Shown here: positions 23,346 to 37,914 of the stretch, one piece after another
Layout of the letters: each line of letters begins with the position of its first letter
Numbering within the stretch: the stretch's first letter is position 1
Assembly: GCA_976226885.1 (NCBI GenBank)
Contig: OZ320319.1
Location: 20,336,001 to 20,400,000, forward strand
Direction of reading: 5' to 3'
DNA from: Iphione sp. A-MEVVRFRX5
Lineage: Eukaryota
Length of the DNA stretch: 64,000 bases
The notes under the pieces: generated by a model
Databases searched by the model: none
Seen by the model: the letters and a program-made list of their open reading frames with translations, nothing else
What the model was told of the DNA's origin: nothing
Position numbers and translations under genes: made by a program

Positions 23346-26300
23346 TCTCTTTCTACTGCCTCATGTCTCCCATAGTTTTTATCACTCTCTACCATTTCAC
23401 CATCTTCTATAGTTCTTATGTTTCTCCCTAAAGCCTCATCTCCCATAGTTCGTGTGCCTCTCCCTACATTCTGCATGTGGCGATACATGAACAACAGAGT
23501 CGGGTTAGGCAACACACCAGCATGGGGAACCTTGGAGCATCTGCTACTGCTGCTCCTGGCTAGTGCACATAGAACCTGTTACCTATCAGTGTTCCGCCTC
23601 GCAACTTTTTGAAGAGAGAATGAGTGCAGTTCCAGCATCTACATGAAATCTCCCCATTTTTTTGCTACTTCATCTTGGGTCCTCTCTCAAAATGGCTTGA
23701 ATCTACACCGTATATTAGTAAAACACTATCAGTAGCTATCTGCATTTGACGAAGTTTTTATCTGTTTTACTGGTCAAGACCAAAACAAATAATTTTTAGA
23801 AACCACATTAGTAGACTAGTGACGCCATGAAATAAAAAACAGATTCTCACTCGGCGCAAAGGGAAACTTTATTTACAAGTTTTCAGTAGAAACGGGTTTG
23901 AGGACTGGCTTCCACCGCAGTACCAGTTTAACGGCGAGTTTCCCCCGACAATCCATGGGGAAAATCCCTCGCCTACCTTTTCTCCCTACATACAGGTTAC
24001 GTAAGCAAGACGACCGTGTACACAACCTTGGATACATATATATATATATATATGTATATAGAGGTGGCCAAAGGTATGGACACTTTCATGTTAGTCCCGC
24101 TTGTCCCAAATGTCACCAACATGGGGGAACATGAATCCTGCTTCTACCACAGTGTTACATCTTCATTATGAAATACGTGCGTGTTGTGGTGTGTGTTCCA
24201 GGTACGCAAGAAAAGTAAACAACTGACTCCGGCCTCCCTGCAACTGGCGATGGCGTTGACAGAGGCCCTCTCATTGCCACTGCTGATAACAGGCAGAGAA
24301 GACCAAGGCTTAATTTCCTCAGGCACATGTTCGCATGCAGCATGTTTTCATGACCGTATCGCTGTGAAACGTTGATATGGTATTCACCATTTACATAGCG
24401 ATTCAACCAATGTGAGACCTTGTATCACCCAAGTGGAATAGCATAGAATCCATCAAAAAAAGGCATATACGGCCATGAAAATTGGGAACTTTCCCAATAC
24501 AAACACATGCTTCATGTAATCATGCTACACAGTACATGGTTCAGGCACACAGAGACATTCGTAGCAATAAGCATCGTTCTTTTTTAAAAAAAAAAACAAA
24601 CCCAAAAAAGACCACCACACCTGTGAAAACACACGCCTAAGTCAATAAAGCCTTGAACAAGTCATGTCCATGGTTATGTCAACTATTCTCAGTGCGGACA
24701 GAGGGCGCGCGGGTGTGGGAGGACAGGCCGATAACCACCTTCGGTACTGTTGACTGTAGTCTCTATGCAGCACACACAGGACGAGTTGACAGTACACAGA
24801 AGGGTCAATCAAAAGTTATCATACAACGTGACAGAGCAAAAAAAAAAACCCAACAATATTAGGACCTTCACATTACATCATCATGCCATGATTGGATTCT
24901 ATCAACCTGATTAGAAACCGAAAGCGAAACAAAATTATTGGGGCGTTCTTGGTCCTCTTCCGTGATGGTTATAATTATTTTTCGCTTTTCTAAAAGTACG
25001 TAATACCTGTGCAGCCATCAGTGCGTGTACCGTCTTGTTCTCCTCGGTGCTCACTTCTAACATGCCCGCATGTTAATTCATATTCACAACCTAGTAGGCA
25101 TTATACAATAACAACACTATTTTGTTTCCCGTTTCCCTTTTACAATTTAAAAAAAACATTTCTTTTCTGCCATAAAGAATCTACATAACTACGTGTTCCA
25201 TACCCTTAAGCAATCAGTTTGGAATAGTCAGTTTATTTTGGCCGTTTTTGACTGAATTATTCCCCCTTAGTAAACAATAAGCCACCTTACACTACGAGAT
25301 CTACCCATGAGGTAGTGGACAGATTTAAGAGTCGCGGAGTAACGACATGTCTGCCGTCTAACCTTTAAAGGAGGTAAGACTATATTCGCTTTGTAGTCTA
25401 GGAGGGCAATGTCCCTCATTTACACACTTGTAAACACCCCTATACACATTGCTGAGATATCAACACAGAGCTTTCACACAAGTAGGAAGTAGAAATCCGC
25501 TTTGAGACCGAACCATGGAGGAGGCTGAGACCTTGATGAAGAGCGAAGTGTTTCAGAACTTAACATCTACATTGACATTACATGTGTATTGCATACCTCT
25601 ATGGTGACCAACACAAGGGAGAGACAGTCACCTAGTCATATTTGAGGGGTTTCTCCTCAGCTGAGAGGAACCTGGTAAACAAAGTCAAGACTGATTGTAC
25701 AGTAGAATATGACGCAACCAGATGAATTCATGTTGACACTACAATGCCCACTATGAAAACTATATCTAACAATGCCAAAGTTGGGATCCTCACTTGAAAA
25801 CACCTACAAGTGATGCAGTTACATATCTCAACTTCACAATATGATTTATTTTTTTACCAACCAAAATGTGTATATTAGCCAAATTTAACACATTTTGCTA
25901 CTGAACAAATTATCATGTCCACGCATGCAATAACCTGATACACACAGAGAATCCACACCCTGCTGGAAGCTGACTAGCAGTTATGAAGTAAGTTGGACTA
26001 GTTTGCCAAGAATAATAAAGATATGTAAATCGTATGCAAATTAACGGCTGTGCGGTGCCGTCATGACAACGACGCGTCAGTATTATGCATCGCAAAAGAA
26101 AGTTCGCAGGGGGGAGGGGGGGGGGGTTCTTAACATAAACAAGCGTTGTATGGAGTCTTGTCAACATAACCGATGATAACAAGAACTGGAATCACGGCTC
26201 CTGTGATATAAACACACAATAGTATTTATATAATACAACTCGTGAGATAAATTGCATAATAAAACTATAATCGCTTCCCCAGTATACAGTGCGATGCGAC

Positions 26301-27740
26301 GTCTGGAAGATCCCTGGAAAGAGAGATGTTCTATGTACAATAAATAGTGTACACTGGAATAGGATATTCTGCGGAAGCGATGGACAAAGAAAACGGATAA
26401 CATGGCGAACAGCCTACTGTCTGGACGGATACAGGATGGAAACGGCGCAGAATGGACTATTTCAATGCGTGCATTTTTCCCGGGAAGATCTCAATATTGC
26501 TAAATTTAGGACAATTGCATAATTCTGTTTTGCATTACCTTATCTAACTAAAAAAAAACCCTACAATTGCTTAGCTGGACATAACGCTGGCCATGCACGC
26601 TGTCAACATTTCAATTTGCAAAAATAAACAATTTACATAGGCAGCAGGGAGGTGGACAGTAACAGACTTCGAGCTGCCACCAAGTTCGTATAAAACGAGT
26701 GGCCGCTTACAAAAACATTACATTCTAGGAAAGTAAAATTCCCAAGAGTAGGTCCTGCGTAACATCTTCACAAATTAAAGTGAAAAAATAGTACATTCCA
26801 TCATAAAAAGGAGGGGAAAAAGTTTTCGTATTACATAGCTTTTCTTTGTGTACGACTAGACAGTTGTTTTAGGCATATATTTTTCCTAAAAAAATGGTTT
26901 AGCAACCTGGTACAGTGTAAATTGTAAGTACAGAACAAAGATCAAAGGACGTTTTGGTACATCGCAATCGATTAACACATCTCCAAAGCTGTCTCATAGT
27001 AAATCCATCACAAAAAGGGCAAAACGATCTAAATGACAGGAGCTTGGCGACATATAAAAGTGAAATTTAAGGAAATTTGTGTTTTTCCCAGCTAAATTGA
27101 GGTTACATCTTTAAAACTGTTTATATGTGGCAGGAGACGCAAAACTTATGAACATGTTCGCCCGTCAAATGTACAACTTGCCCTGGCATACAGATGAACG
27201 GCAAGGTCAATTAATGATGTATATGGCATGGTACAGATTAGTTAACATTATTACGTTATTATAACGTTATTTATTCAAGTCCCCACTGTCCCTTTATCAA
27301 TGGCACAGTGGTGCTGGACGGTGGCGACTGTGGAGTTGTTTTTTTGTTGTTTTTTTTTTGGACGGAAAAGACTCCGGGACGGAGCGAGCAGATATAAGGG
27401 CAGGTACCACAAAACAAAACGAAGGAAGCCTACTCAGTTCTCCGTAGGAGAAATGTGACGGGGACCTCACAGAATAATTTCATATTCTGACAAGTCTTGA
27501 ATGTGACAGGAGGTTTACTCCAGTAAAGGATCGGTGCGGGAATTTTTTTCCTTTAAAGAGATACACAAAAATGTTCTACTTTAGCAGAACAGATTTTTTT
27601 CAAACTACACTGTACATAAAAGAAAATGATTGGTTAAGGCATCTGCAGCTGCTGACCGTAAATCAATAAAATTGATTAACCACTGAAATAGAGTCAGCTG
27701 TTTGTGGTGGTCAACTGAACCAAGACATAGTCCCAAGTTA

Positions 27741-28048
27741 GTTGCTTTTCACATGTATCCTGACAAAAATCTGTCCCAGGACACGGGTGCGGACAATACT
27801 CCCTGCAGAGTTCGTTGTTAATTGCCAACATATGGTCAACAGATGTACTTTACCATGGGCTCCTATGGAATCCGCATCCGGGTGCGGACTGAACCCATGT
27901 TGTATGGATAGAAAATTCGTCCCCCTGTGCGGACGCGGAAATATCTGTATGTATGTGAATGGGTATAATGATAAGACCAGGCTGGGATAAATTCCGCCCC
28001 CGTGTGCAGACGTGGAACGGTAAAATCCGGTTATATGTGAACAGCCCC
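27741..28048. mobile_element. Harbinger-type MITE (308 bp)
   Basis: TTA on both flanks (27738-40, 28049-51); imperfect TIR GGGGCTGTTCACAT / GTTGCTTTTCACAT; internal GTGCGGA/TCCGCA repeats. Confidence 0.62.
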
Positions 28049-31000
28049 TTACTGCAATATGGACTGCCACTATAACCAGCTCTACTACATCTTTGTGTGA
28101 ACTTTGTGTAATCAGGAGCTATTGTAACACACGTGCCCCGCTAACTGATCCAACACCTCTTCCACTATCCCCGTACACGACTGCCAAATCGCAAATTAAA
28201 GAATGACCCAGACAGAAAAAAAGACAACAAATTGAGGACTTGACAGAGTTCTGCTTTGCCTTGTGATAAGTTCGCTTCTCTGTTCCTATTAGTTTTTATC
28301 AACTCCTACTAGTGTGTAGCGGAATTACCTCCCTTCCCCAGTGAAATAAATAGAAACATCTGCTGGCAATACAACTTGGAAATTCTATATCATATATCAG
28401 AATATACAACAACCATTATTTTCTGAACTCACCCCCTCCCTTCCTTAGTATCTGCACTGCAGACAGAATACATCAAAATTACATCGTGACAATATAACTG
28501 CGGCGAGAGGGATTTTAGGAGAAGGCTACTTTCGTCAACAGAGCACAACTGAAAGAGAAAAGAGCCTGTAATGCACTCTTACTCTCTGTAAGAACATAGT
28601 TAAGCAGGTCTAGACACACACACAAGCCTGATTCAGTATGAGCTAGTTCAGTAGCTGGCGTCATTGTCATGGGAAATCCTCCCACCCAGACTATATCTAA
28701 TAGTATATATATATATATATAAATATATATATACGTAGCTCCCAGGTCGATTACCATTGTAAGCACGACGCATTCGACACTTTGCCAAATTGTAAAGAAC
28801 GTTACAATTGAAATATTTTTGTGTAGTTTTCTCCATTGCCGACATTAGAAAGTCATCAGTCTTCCTTACCCCGTCCTAAATCAGCAGTTGAATCCTGTTA
28901 ACCAGAGTTGTACAATCGCATGCTCTTAGAAACGAAAAGCAGCAGCAGCAATGCAAAATAATGATGATAATTATTAATAATAACAACAATAATATCTGGG
29001 GGGGGGGGAATCGTTAGTTGTAGCTGTGGTATAAAGTCTACGTGCTTCGACTACCCTAAGACACGTGACGGCCACACCAGTGTCGTTTAACAACTAGAAG
29101 TTGTTGTTTTTTTAAAACTTCATTCTTATTCACCTCGCTACTGGTAACTATCCTCAGGGACTCGATATAGAAGACCAGCGGTGCCTTCATTGAAAAACCT
29201 AGAACTATGGAGTCAGCAAAATACATTACAAAATGTTGACACGGTCTAGTAGTCAGAGATGTGTCGAAAGCTGGACAGGGAAAGCTGCACCAGCTCTGCT
29301 TGCGGGGAGATTTTGTAGTTACTCCTTGACTCAACCGGCTAAAAAAAAAAATCCAAGCGCATACCAACTGAACATAGGCAGTGACACGGTTATGTACACA
29401 CATGGGATTGATATCATAAGACAGATGGACATTTTTATCACCACCTCTGACGTCATGGCCGAGATAATGGGCGGTGGCTTGTCATCTCATAAGCTCAGTG
29501 CATTTCATATGGAAAAAAAAGTGACCTCTCTGTTGAAAGTGATTTCCGATATATTCTGAGGCAGATTCATAGATTCAATCTTTCCGGGGCTTTGTCCTCT
29601 CTGTCAAAGTTGTCATTTAAAAGGGCGCAGAATCAGAAGACTGTATCTGATAAACAGCTGAAAAAAAATACCGGCCCCAAACCGATAATTTCTTACGGAA
29701 CGAAGGCAAAAACTGCTTTTACCACACTCCAGCCGTCCCCAGCTCGACCAGTCATCCTGACTCCTAATTATGCCATATAGAACCACTAGGCGGCGACACC
29801 TCGTTGCCAAGGCCTTTCTCACTAGGTGGCCATGGGACACCTAGCGGGAAACCTTGTTTGTCATTGGCGAAGAGCCTTGTGGCACAGCGAAGGGCAGGCC
29901 CGAGAGCTGTCACGTCATCATCATTGCCAGTCCAAGACACCAGTGAAAGAGTATACACACAACACAACAGACTCAAATAGTCAAACCCCTGTTGTCCCCT
30001 GTTGTTGTTTTTTTGGAACCCTCGGTGGCCTTTACAGAGCAACACAAAGTGAAATGTAGCGATATCTTCGGAGCCAATGAAGGCCCGATGCGTGGCGAAG
30101 GCCAGCCTCAGGTATTTGCCACATCATAACCACAGAGAGGTAACCTACCATCCTCCTCGTTTGATAACTGTTACCCAGTTGAGCCATAGCCACATTGTGC
30201 TGCAACCAATTCACTTCATCACCAATGGATCTTTTTTCGCTGGACTGTCAGTCACACCCCTGCAACGGAAGTTTTTTTTTTTGCTGTTTGTGACCTCATA
30301 ATAGCCTCTCGACCGAGAAGAATGCGTCATACGAAAATCAGTTCGCGCGATATTTTTCGTGACTGGGCAGTGCATCAATTGACCAATCACTGATGAGCAA
30401 TGTGAACTACCGTTGTAGCATCATTATGATGTTATAGAGTGGTGCAGCAATCAGGAGGAAGTTCACACCATAATCAACTCACACAATCCTTGATTCAAAT
30501 GATTTCTACCTGTGTTTCAACTACTGGGCCTGACTTTAAAATCATGATCAAACATGTCTGCTATATGCAAAAAGAAATACTTCCCAGGAGATATCTGTCC
30601 AGAACACCTGGAATTATAAGCATTTGAAAATCCCATGTACTCATGCAGGAGGATGTGATGAAAACTGCTCACGGCACAAATCATCCAGCATCCTCGACAA
30701 AATAACTCATTTTCAACGTTTGAGAGTCTATTGTGATGTCACAAACAGCAAATAAAAAAAAACAGTATGTTCAAGCAGCGTAACTGACACTTTCGTGATG
30801 TGACAATAACATGGCCAATGAGTCACAACACAACACTATGTATTGTTTCGCACGACTATGGGTTTACATTGGTCAACAGCCTGTTGTAACACTGCATTGT
30901 AGCAGCTTGACATACACTCCAGCTTTACCTCAACTGGGCTCAGCTTATAACTAAAAGGGGAAGGACAGGTCTTAAGGGGGCTCAAAACGACCTCTGAAAG

Positions 31001-31253
31001 TGGCACCGTCAGAGTCAGCCACACAGACTTCAGATGTTCTTCAAACCTCCTGAGCAATAATATAATGACTTCTAGAAACCGAAACTCTCCCGTGTAAGTC
31101 ATACTGCCCAAACGGAGAGGCTGGCTTCGTGCCTATCAGCTCACGACCAGCCAATGGCGGTGGCAAGGTAGGATACATGCACCTCCACTGACAAGGTAGA
31201 TGAACGTCCTACCCGTGGTCCATTATTAACAGCCGAACTACAGCATCAACTTA

Positions 31254-31789
31254 GGGTCGGTTTCCTTACCTGCGTTGGTGTCCGTGAAGCTGCATTATGC
31301 CTCCGTGTGCATTAGTGTGCGTTCTACATGCGTTTTCTCTTAACGCTGCACAATGCACAGGGGTGTCTATTGAGGTGCGGCATTATGGGTACATTATTGG
31401 TGCGTAAAAAGGAGGAATTTAACTTGTTAAAGGATAAAAAAAGAGAAATTTGATGGGAATAGTGGCAAAAACCGGTGAATTTCACTAGTTAAAGGACAAA
31501 TTTGATGGGAATAGTGGCAAAAACTAGTGATTTTCACTAAAGGATGGTTTTTCATGTCTTTTGACATGGTTTCATGTTATTTCACCTGATACAAATAGAA
31601 TCTCCTGTATACTGTCCATTTTCAGTCTGTTTGCATTAAATTATCGGTCTAGGACCGAAAATGGGCAATGCATGGCAACCCACACGGAAAGCTCACGCAT
31701 ACAATGCACACCCTCCATTGAAATCAGTGTGCTGGTAAAAAACGAATGGCAATGTACACGGACAGCAACACATGTTAGGAAACCGGCCC
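31254..31789. mobile_element. Harbinger-type MITE (536 bp), TIR related to the autonomous element
   Basis: TTA on both flanks (31251-53, 31790-92); about 33-bp imperfect TIR GGG(T/C)CGGTTTCCT.AC.TG.GTTG.TGTCCGTG. Confidence 0.82.
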
Positions 31790-33433
31790 TTAACCCACTC
31801 TCCGTATAAATGACCGACCTACTAACGTAAACGCTACGTTACGACCTTTCACTGAGAGCAAGAGATATTTTACACATGGCAGATCACATCCATATGTCTG
31901 GATTTTCCTATTCTCACTCGGTGTCCACTATTTCGGCTTGTACATTGGCGCTGTGGTGTCCCACGTAGCATTTCCTACCAAGCGAAGGGTCAACTGCAGT
32001 GCCAATTACAAATGCACTAAGAATGTCACTGACAGAGGCAACACTTAGACGTTAATGCAGACAGGGGCAAAACAAAAAAATACACCATATATGAGAGCAG
32101 TAGTAACCCACATATTCTATTACTGTTGTGCTTTCGTTGGAGAACCGTAACGCTGATCAGTTCTATCACGGAAGGCTTTCTAGATGATCAAGTGCACAGA
32201 ACTAACAAGTGCATGGAGCATATTCGGATGAAAACTGAAGTGTCATTTCTGTACAAAGAACAATATTCCACCAATGGAACTGTAAATATATATATTTTTT
32301 GCACCGTTTCTCACACAATGCAAGTGAGAACCAATATAACAGACTGTTAAAACACTGCGCCTTCGATGAATCGATCTATGATATATATATATACTGGATT
32401 TCAAGTAATATACTTATTTGCACCAGCTAGCCAATAAATATGCCCTGTTCGTGTGTTGTGCATGATATTTTCTGTTTTATCTTATCTCAGTTTGGTGTGA
32501 ATTGGAGCATAAACAGTGTGCATACAAAACTGTGCGTTTGTCTCTCTGGCTGTCTGAAAGTGACTCCGCACGTACTGTCCAGCTAGAAAAGAAGCCATGG
32601 ACCCCTATTAGAACAGCATGTGTCACTCACTATTCTACTTACATATATATACACATATATATATGACAGGGAGGAAGCTTGTTACAAAATATACTCATTA
32701 TAAATTGGACTTGAGAATATACTTATTCATATATATATATTGATGCATTTAGACTCGTACATGTGTGTACCTTTACTGAACAAACGCCGAAAGTCTTGCA
32801 GCGCCTTCTGGATATCTCCTCTCCACCGTGCACAACTTGTACCTGTGTCACTTAGTCGAATAAAAAAAATAGAAGGTAGCATTGTTATATATGCAATTTC
32901 TTTTTACACTGTGAAGCCACATGCTATTTTTCTCTATTTGTCTGATACATATAGTGCATGCCTCTCGAAACAGACCTTGAGTGTCATACATAACGCTCGT
33001 GTTTGAAATGATCACTGCCTGTGACAACATGTAAGAACTCGGTTCTCGTGGGGAGGGGGGTTGGGGGGGTGATGGAGAGCCGATGACTCCCAGAAGTCCA
33101 ATAGAAAATCCGTACTAGCCTTGTAACTAACTCTACGGGCCCTCACACACTCCCCCAAGTACAAAACCTCACCGAGCGGTTTGCACGATGCACGTAAAAG
33201 TGAGTTTTTTTTAAATGTTGGATAGCACACACAACAACACCTTGGGTCACTCGGCCGCTCCGACTGTTCCCCGTGATGAAGTTCAACCACTCCCGTCGCC
33301 ATGACACCTCCTCCTGCTGCTCTGGGTGGCCTGCTCCTGCGTCAACATGCTGGCTAAGGTCTCACTACGTTAACTACTGAGGGGAGAGGGGGGGGGGGTG
33401 TTCACTGGCTGGAGCACGGGCAGGCCTCCTGCA

Positions 33434-33541
33434 CTAGAGAAGCTTGTCCCAGTTGAAGTCGTCGTCGATCTCATCGTTGTTGATGGCGGAGTAGACGGAG
33501 TGTTGTTGGGGGTACGGATTGGCCACTGTGATCACCGGCTT
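33434..33541 (-). CDS. FOXJ3: FoxJ2/3 last coding exon (...NDEIDDDFNWDKLL*)
   Basis: ccttgcag|AAG; C-terminus resembles, from recall, FOXJ3 DEIQDDFDWDSIV. Confidence 0.92.
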   Translation of the reverse strand, partial: KPVITVANPYPQQHSVYSAINNDEIDDDFNWDKLL

Positions 33542-34207
33542 CTGCAAGGCACACAAATAACCGTCTTCATCAACCCATCCAATTCTCTGCCATATAAAAC
33601 GCACCTTCGTGCAGCAAGATGGGAATGTATGATTGGTACGTGCTGTACAGTTGCGGTGGAGTTACACATGATACACCGAGTTTCCTTAGATCACCTTCCA
33701 AGAATTCAAAGCCGACAAGAGGTTCGTTATAAGCGTGCACCACAATACTGCATGTTGCTGACAGAGACAGACAGACAGACAGATAGATGGCAGTCAGACA
33801 GACAGACAGACAGATTAAATATCAGATATCCAATGCTATACATGTATCCATTTACCATTATGTCATACAGATACATCTCTATTAACGAATCCTCTGGGAA
33901 CGAAACTTCCTTGTCGCGAAGTAGGCATTTTTGTTCAATTTTGTGGCCCCTTTCTACAGACCCAATTTAGAAAGAATTGACTAAAATGAATTGGAAACAA
34001 ATACGCCCTTATAGTTCCCAAGAGGCATATGATAAAAATGTCTTTAAATATCCAAGAAAATCAATGCCAGAAATGTTTTCATCTGATGACGTTTTCTACA
34101 GCGAAGTGATATAATGGAAAGCATCAACCTTGTTAAAAGTGACAAACATGTAAATGTCTCCTATTATTATTATGCTTGAAATATCCGCTAGGGAGCGCGG
34201 AACTCAC

Positions 34208-34305
34208 CTGGTCCTCGGGACTGAGGGGCGAGGCATTGGTGAGAGCGCTGTAGGTGGGCTGGCCGTTCCCACCAATGATCTGCTGCGGTGTAGTGGTATA
34301 CACTG
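34208..34305 (-). CDS. FOXJ3: FoxJ2/3 penultimate coding exon
   Basis: ttttctag|CA ... CAG|gtgagt; phases match both neighbours. Confidence 0.85.
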
Positions 34306-37300
34306 CTAGAAAATCAATAAAAAAAACAAATTTCAAGTAATTCAATTTCAGAATGGATCGATAGAACCAGGGGTAGCCACAGACGGCTGGAAGATGCTGC
34401 ATCGCGACAGCGTTAAACGAAGAGTTGGGTTTGAAAGTCTGCTACAGCATGGTTCTAATCAAATCCTTCACAAAGTTCTGCGAAGGCAACCATGAAAAAA
34501 GTGACAGTGGCATGGATTTTTTATGACTAACTGCCATGTTATCACAACTTTTTATTCCCTTACTTGATGGTGAAATATATCCCTCTTTCTATTGTTTACG
34601 TTTACTTGATAAAAGTCATTACCAAATGAAAAAAGGTAATTCCCCTCGCCCTCCCTCTCTCCCTTTTCACATGGGCTGAGGTAGACTTTTTACGGTTTCA
34701 CCCCTCACGATTCATTAGCCATCACACTCATGTGCAACAAGTATTTCTCTCACAGGTTGGTGGGTGGGATATACTTAGACATGGTGGAAGTGGAGTGAAA
34801 CAAAATCTTTTTTTCCTATCCAAAATGCTGATTGGTTATTGATGAAATTTCTCCAGCGTGGTTGTAAAGAGGACTGTAAGGAGGCATGGGATGCGAGTTT
34901 AGCTACAGGACCACTTAGAAGGGGCTCTTGCATTTAATAATTACAGGCGGAACTCTTCCGAAATTTCAACCTTTGTTCCAGTCATTTTGTGACCATTCAG
35001 TGACAAGCACTGGATAGAGGTAATTGACTGTATCAGATATAGAAATTAGTTCCTAATGGATTTGACCATAATAAAAGACGACCGCTGGGGAGGGAGGGCC
35101 GTTAGGAGAGAGTTCCTTATAATTCTACTTCAAAAGGCAAGTCATTAGACTCTCAGTTTCTTGCTTGGATACAAAGTGCTAGTAATAAACAGAGCTTTAC
35201 AAATACAGTACACTATGACTCAGCGGACACAGCAGTAGGGGTAGCATTACCCAATAAGACAGTTAAAGGAAGAAATCAATTTGTAATTTCACATTCTGGA
35301 TACGATTAAGATTATAGATATGATAATTACTGAAGCAGACATCCTATGAAGGCCCATTGTCCTTTGGTCTATGGTTCCATGCATTTATGGGATAGAAAAA
35401 ATACACACTGAACCAGACTTGTACAGTGGTTAAGATAAAGATAAGTCGGTTCCTCCATGTACAGACTTGTGACAATGTATGATCCAGAAATGTATATAAA
35501 CCAGATCAGTGGACAATGGGCCTAATGATGCTGACAGTTTGGGGAAAGTCTGAACGGTGACCAGAGTGCTCAGTGTAATACTTATTCTTTGAATAATTAG
35601 CAAAATCCAATACGGAATAAAATTGTGACCTGGCAGACAAAAAGGGTACACCAGCATAAAAAAGGGGGTGGGGAGGGAACCTGCATCACTTGGTGCGACA
35701 ATTATGCAATTATTCCTCCGAAATCTTGAGATATCCCAACCAAAGTTGTTATACACTCATTCAAGAAAAGATTAAATTCATACTGAATATATTATTTGAC
35801 ACACTACCGTGTAAGACATTCTGATGCTGTGCAATATGTAAAATCATCTTGAATTTTGATTATCACACAGAGCTAGTTCGAAAATATCATTTGAATAGGA
35901 TTTAAGTTCTTGGCTGCGAATGTTTCATATTTATATATTACATAGGTACATAAAGACCTTTAAATTGTGTTTCTATGGTAGCCTAATTTGTGGATTTGAT
36001 TAAATTGACCCATTTATATATCTCGAGGCTCAGAATTACATTTACCAAAAATAAGTATCGCAGCAGATTCTTCATAAAATGTAACCAAAGAAAGTTTTTT
36101 TAATACATTTTCACTTTCCTTATTTTAGGCCCATTAAATGCTTATTTCACATCTTAATCCAAATGATTGGATTATCTTTTTACGGCTGGACACAAATACT
36201 TATCCACTTCTAGTATCAGACAACAACAAATACAAAACACAACACGCAGCCATGCACCAATCTTAAACAACTTCATAAAGCAGCACACTACTACTACTAC
36301 AACAAAAAACTAAACGACTTCAAACTGGCATGGGGATCGAGATACCGAAATAACATGGTATGGTTCAGTTTTGCATAGAAACAAAAAATTAATAAAGACA
36401 CATAATTGGGTGACTGACATATCATTGCATCCTGTTTTCTCATAAATGTCAGCCTCTAATCTCCCGTCTAAACAACACATTCCAACATAGTTCATCGACA
36501 TGAAAACACGATGATTAGGCTGAATTTTCTTTTATTCGGTGTTATGCTTCATATACTGGAGAAGTGTCAAATTTCAAGCAGTTGTCAGAAAAAGGTTCTT
36601 CGACCCTACATCTTACACCTTCCATATTTATTCATTTTCGATATGATAATCAGACTAATAAAAAGTAAAAGGTTGACCGAAATTCGATGCGAAACTGGAT
36701 CCGATTTAAAAAAAAAAATTAAGAACAATAAATAGGACAATTAAGCATATATATTGTCTGTGTGAAGTGTGCAAAGAGAACGTGGCATGCCATGGGGGTT
36801 CAGAATAGGCGCGAGGTTAACTGACACGATAACTACTCTGTTGATTTCTAGGATGTTTCTGCTGCAGATTACAAACAAAAACGTATCATAGACTTTGTCC
36901 TTAAAGAGTACCTGCTCCTGTTCATCAGATTGTCTAGATGGATCTTTGATTGAATTCCTTCCTAATTATTCTAATTTGCTATATACAGTTAGAACTTCGG
37001 TATCTGGCCACTCCAGAACAAAAGCCACCTCTTTAACTGGGGGCAGATGTTGATGGAAGCGAGCCTTTTACCCCTAGTTTATGTATCTTTCAGAACTGGG
37101 GACACCCCCTAAATGGAGACAGAGAAAGAAGGGTGTCCTGCTAAGTGAGGTTTTACTCTACATTCTCTGCACAGAACTAGAACTTCAGAATACAACTTTG
37201 TAATAAATCTGCATCTGGGAAACGTCCTAGAAACCAATCAGTCATTTGACGACGTTAGTGGGCACCTTCACGGCTTGATCCAGACGACTCGGCCAGGTTA

Positions 37301-37704
37301 GTCCCTGATGGCAAAAAGGCAGCAGGCAAGCAGGAGGAAGGAACCACGTTACCATACAAGGCAGCTGCTACCGTCTCATGCATAGTACAGTACATATATT
37401 GGGGGTGGGGGGCACTATAACCTGGGACAACCTGCTATTAGTGATAGCCATATTTACTAGTTATTTATGCCATATAAATTCTACAATGACTTCAACTGTG
37501 CATCTAAATTCTGGATAAATCTGGTTTCACAGCATGATGAACTGACTACATTAAACCAACTGTACAACGTATAGATGCCAACTCTATATGATACAAAAGA
37601 CCAAGCCATCGAAGTTCTAAATTGCAGAAAGTTTGCTGGAATTCCCCAAAGAAGCCAACGTTGCTTGAATGCTATAAATTCTGCTTCTTCAGACTGTAAC
37701 TTAC

Positions 37705-37914
37705 CGGTGCCTGCTGAATTGGTGCTACTCTGGCTGACAGTGAAGGGCGGTGTAGTGGGTGTGGAGGAGACTCCAGCCGGACCGACTTCGGCTTCACCTG
37801 GCATCAGACCGGTCTGTGTGAAGAAGCTGTTGAGGGAGCTGGCCAGGTCCTCGAACTGCTCCCGGTTGAGTGACCAGTTGCTCATGTCACCAGCCTTCAT
37901 GCTCTCTATGAGAT
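37705..37914 (-). CDS. FOXJ3: FoxJ2/3 exon (DLIESMK...NWSL...LASSLNSFFTQTG)
   Basis: cgtccag|AT ... G|gtaagt; conserved FOXJ2/3 C-terminal block. Confidence 0.92.

Noticed and set aside
22950-23515. 141-aa and 178-aa repeat ORFs
   Set aside because: Translations of a 39-bp minisatellite; no splice or domain support.
24057-24085. Tc1-like TIR remnant (tatagaggtggccaaaggtatggacac)
   Set aside because: No matching second end found.
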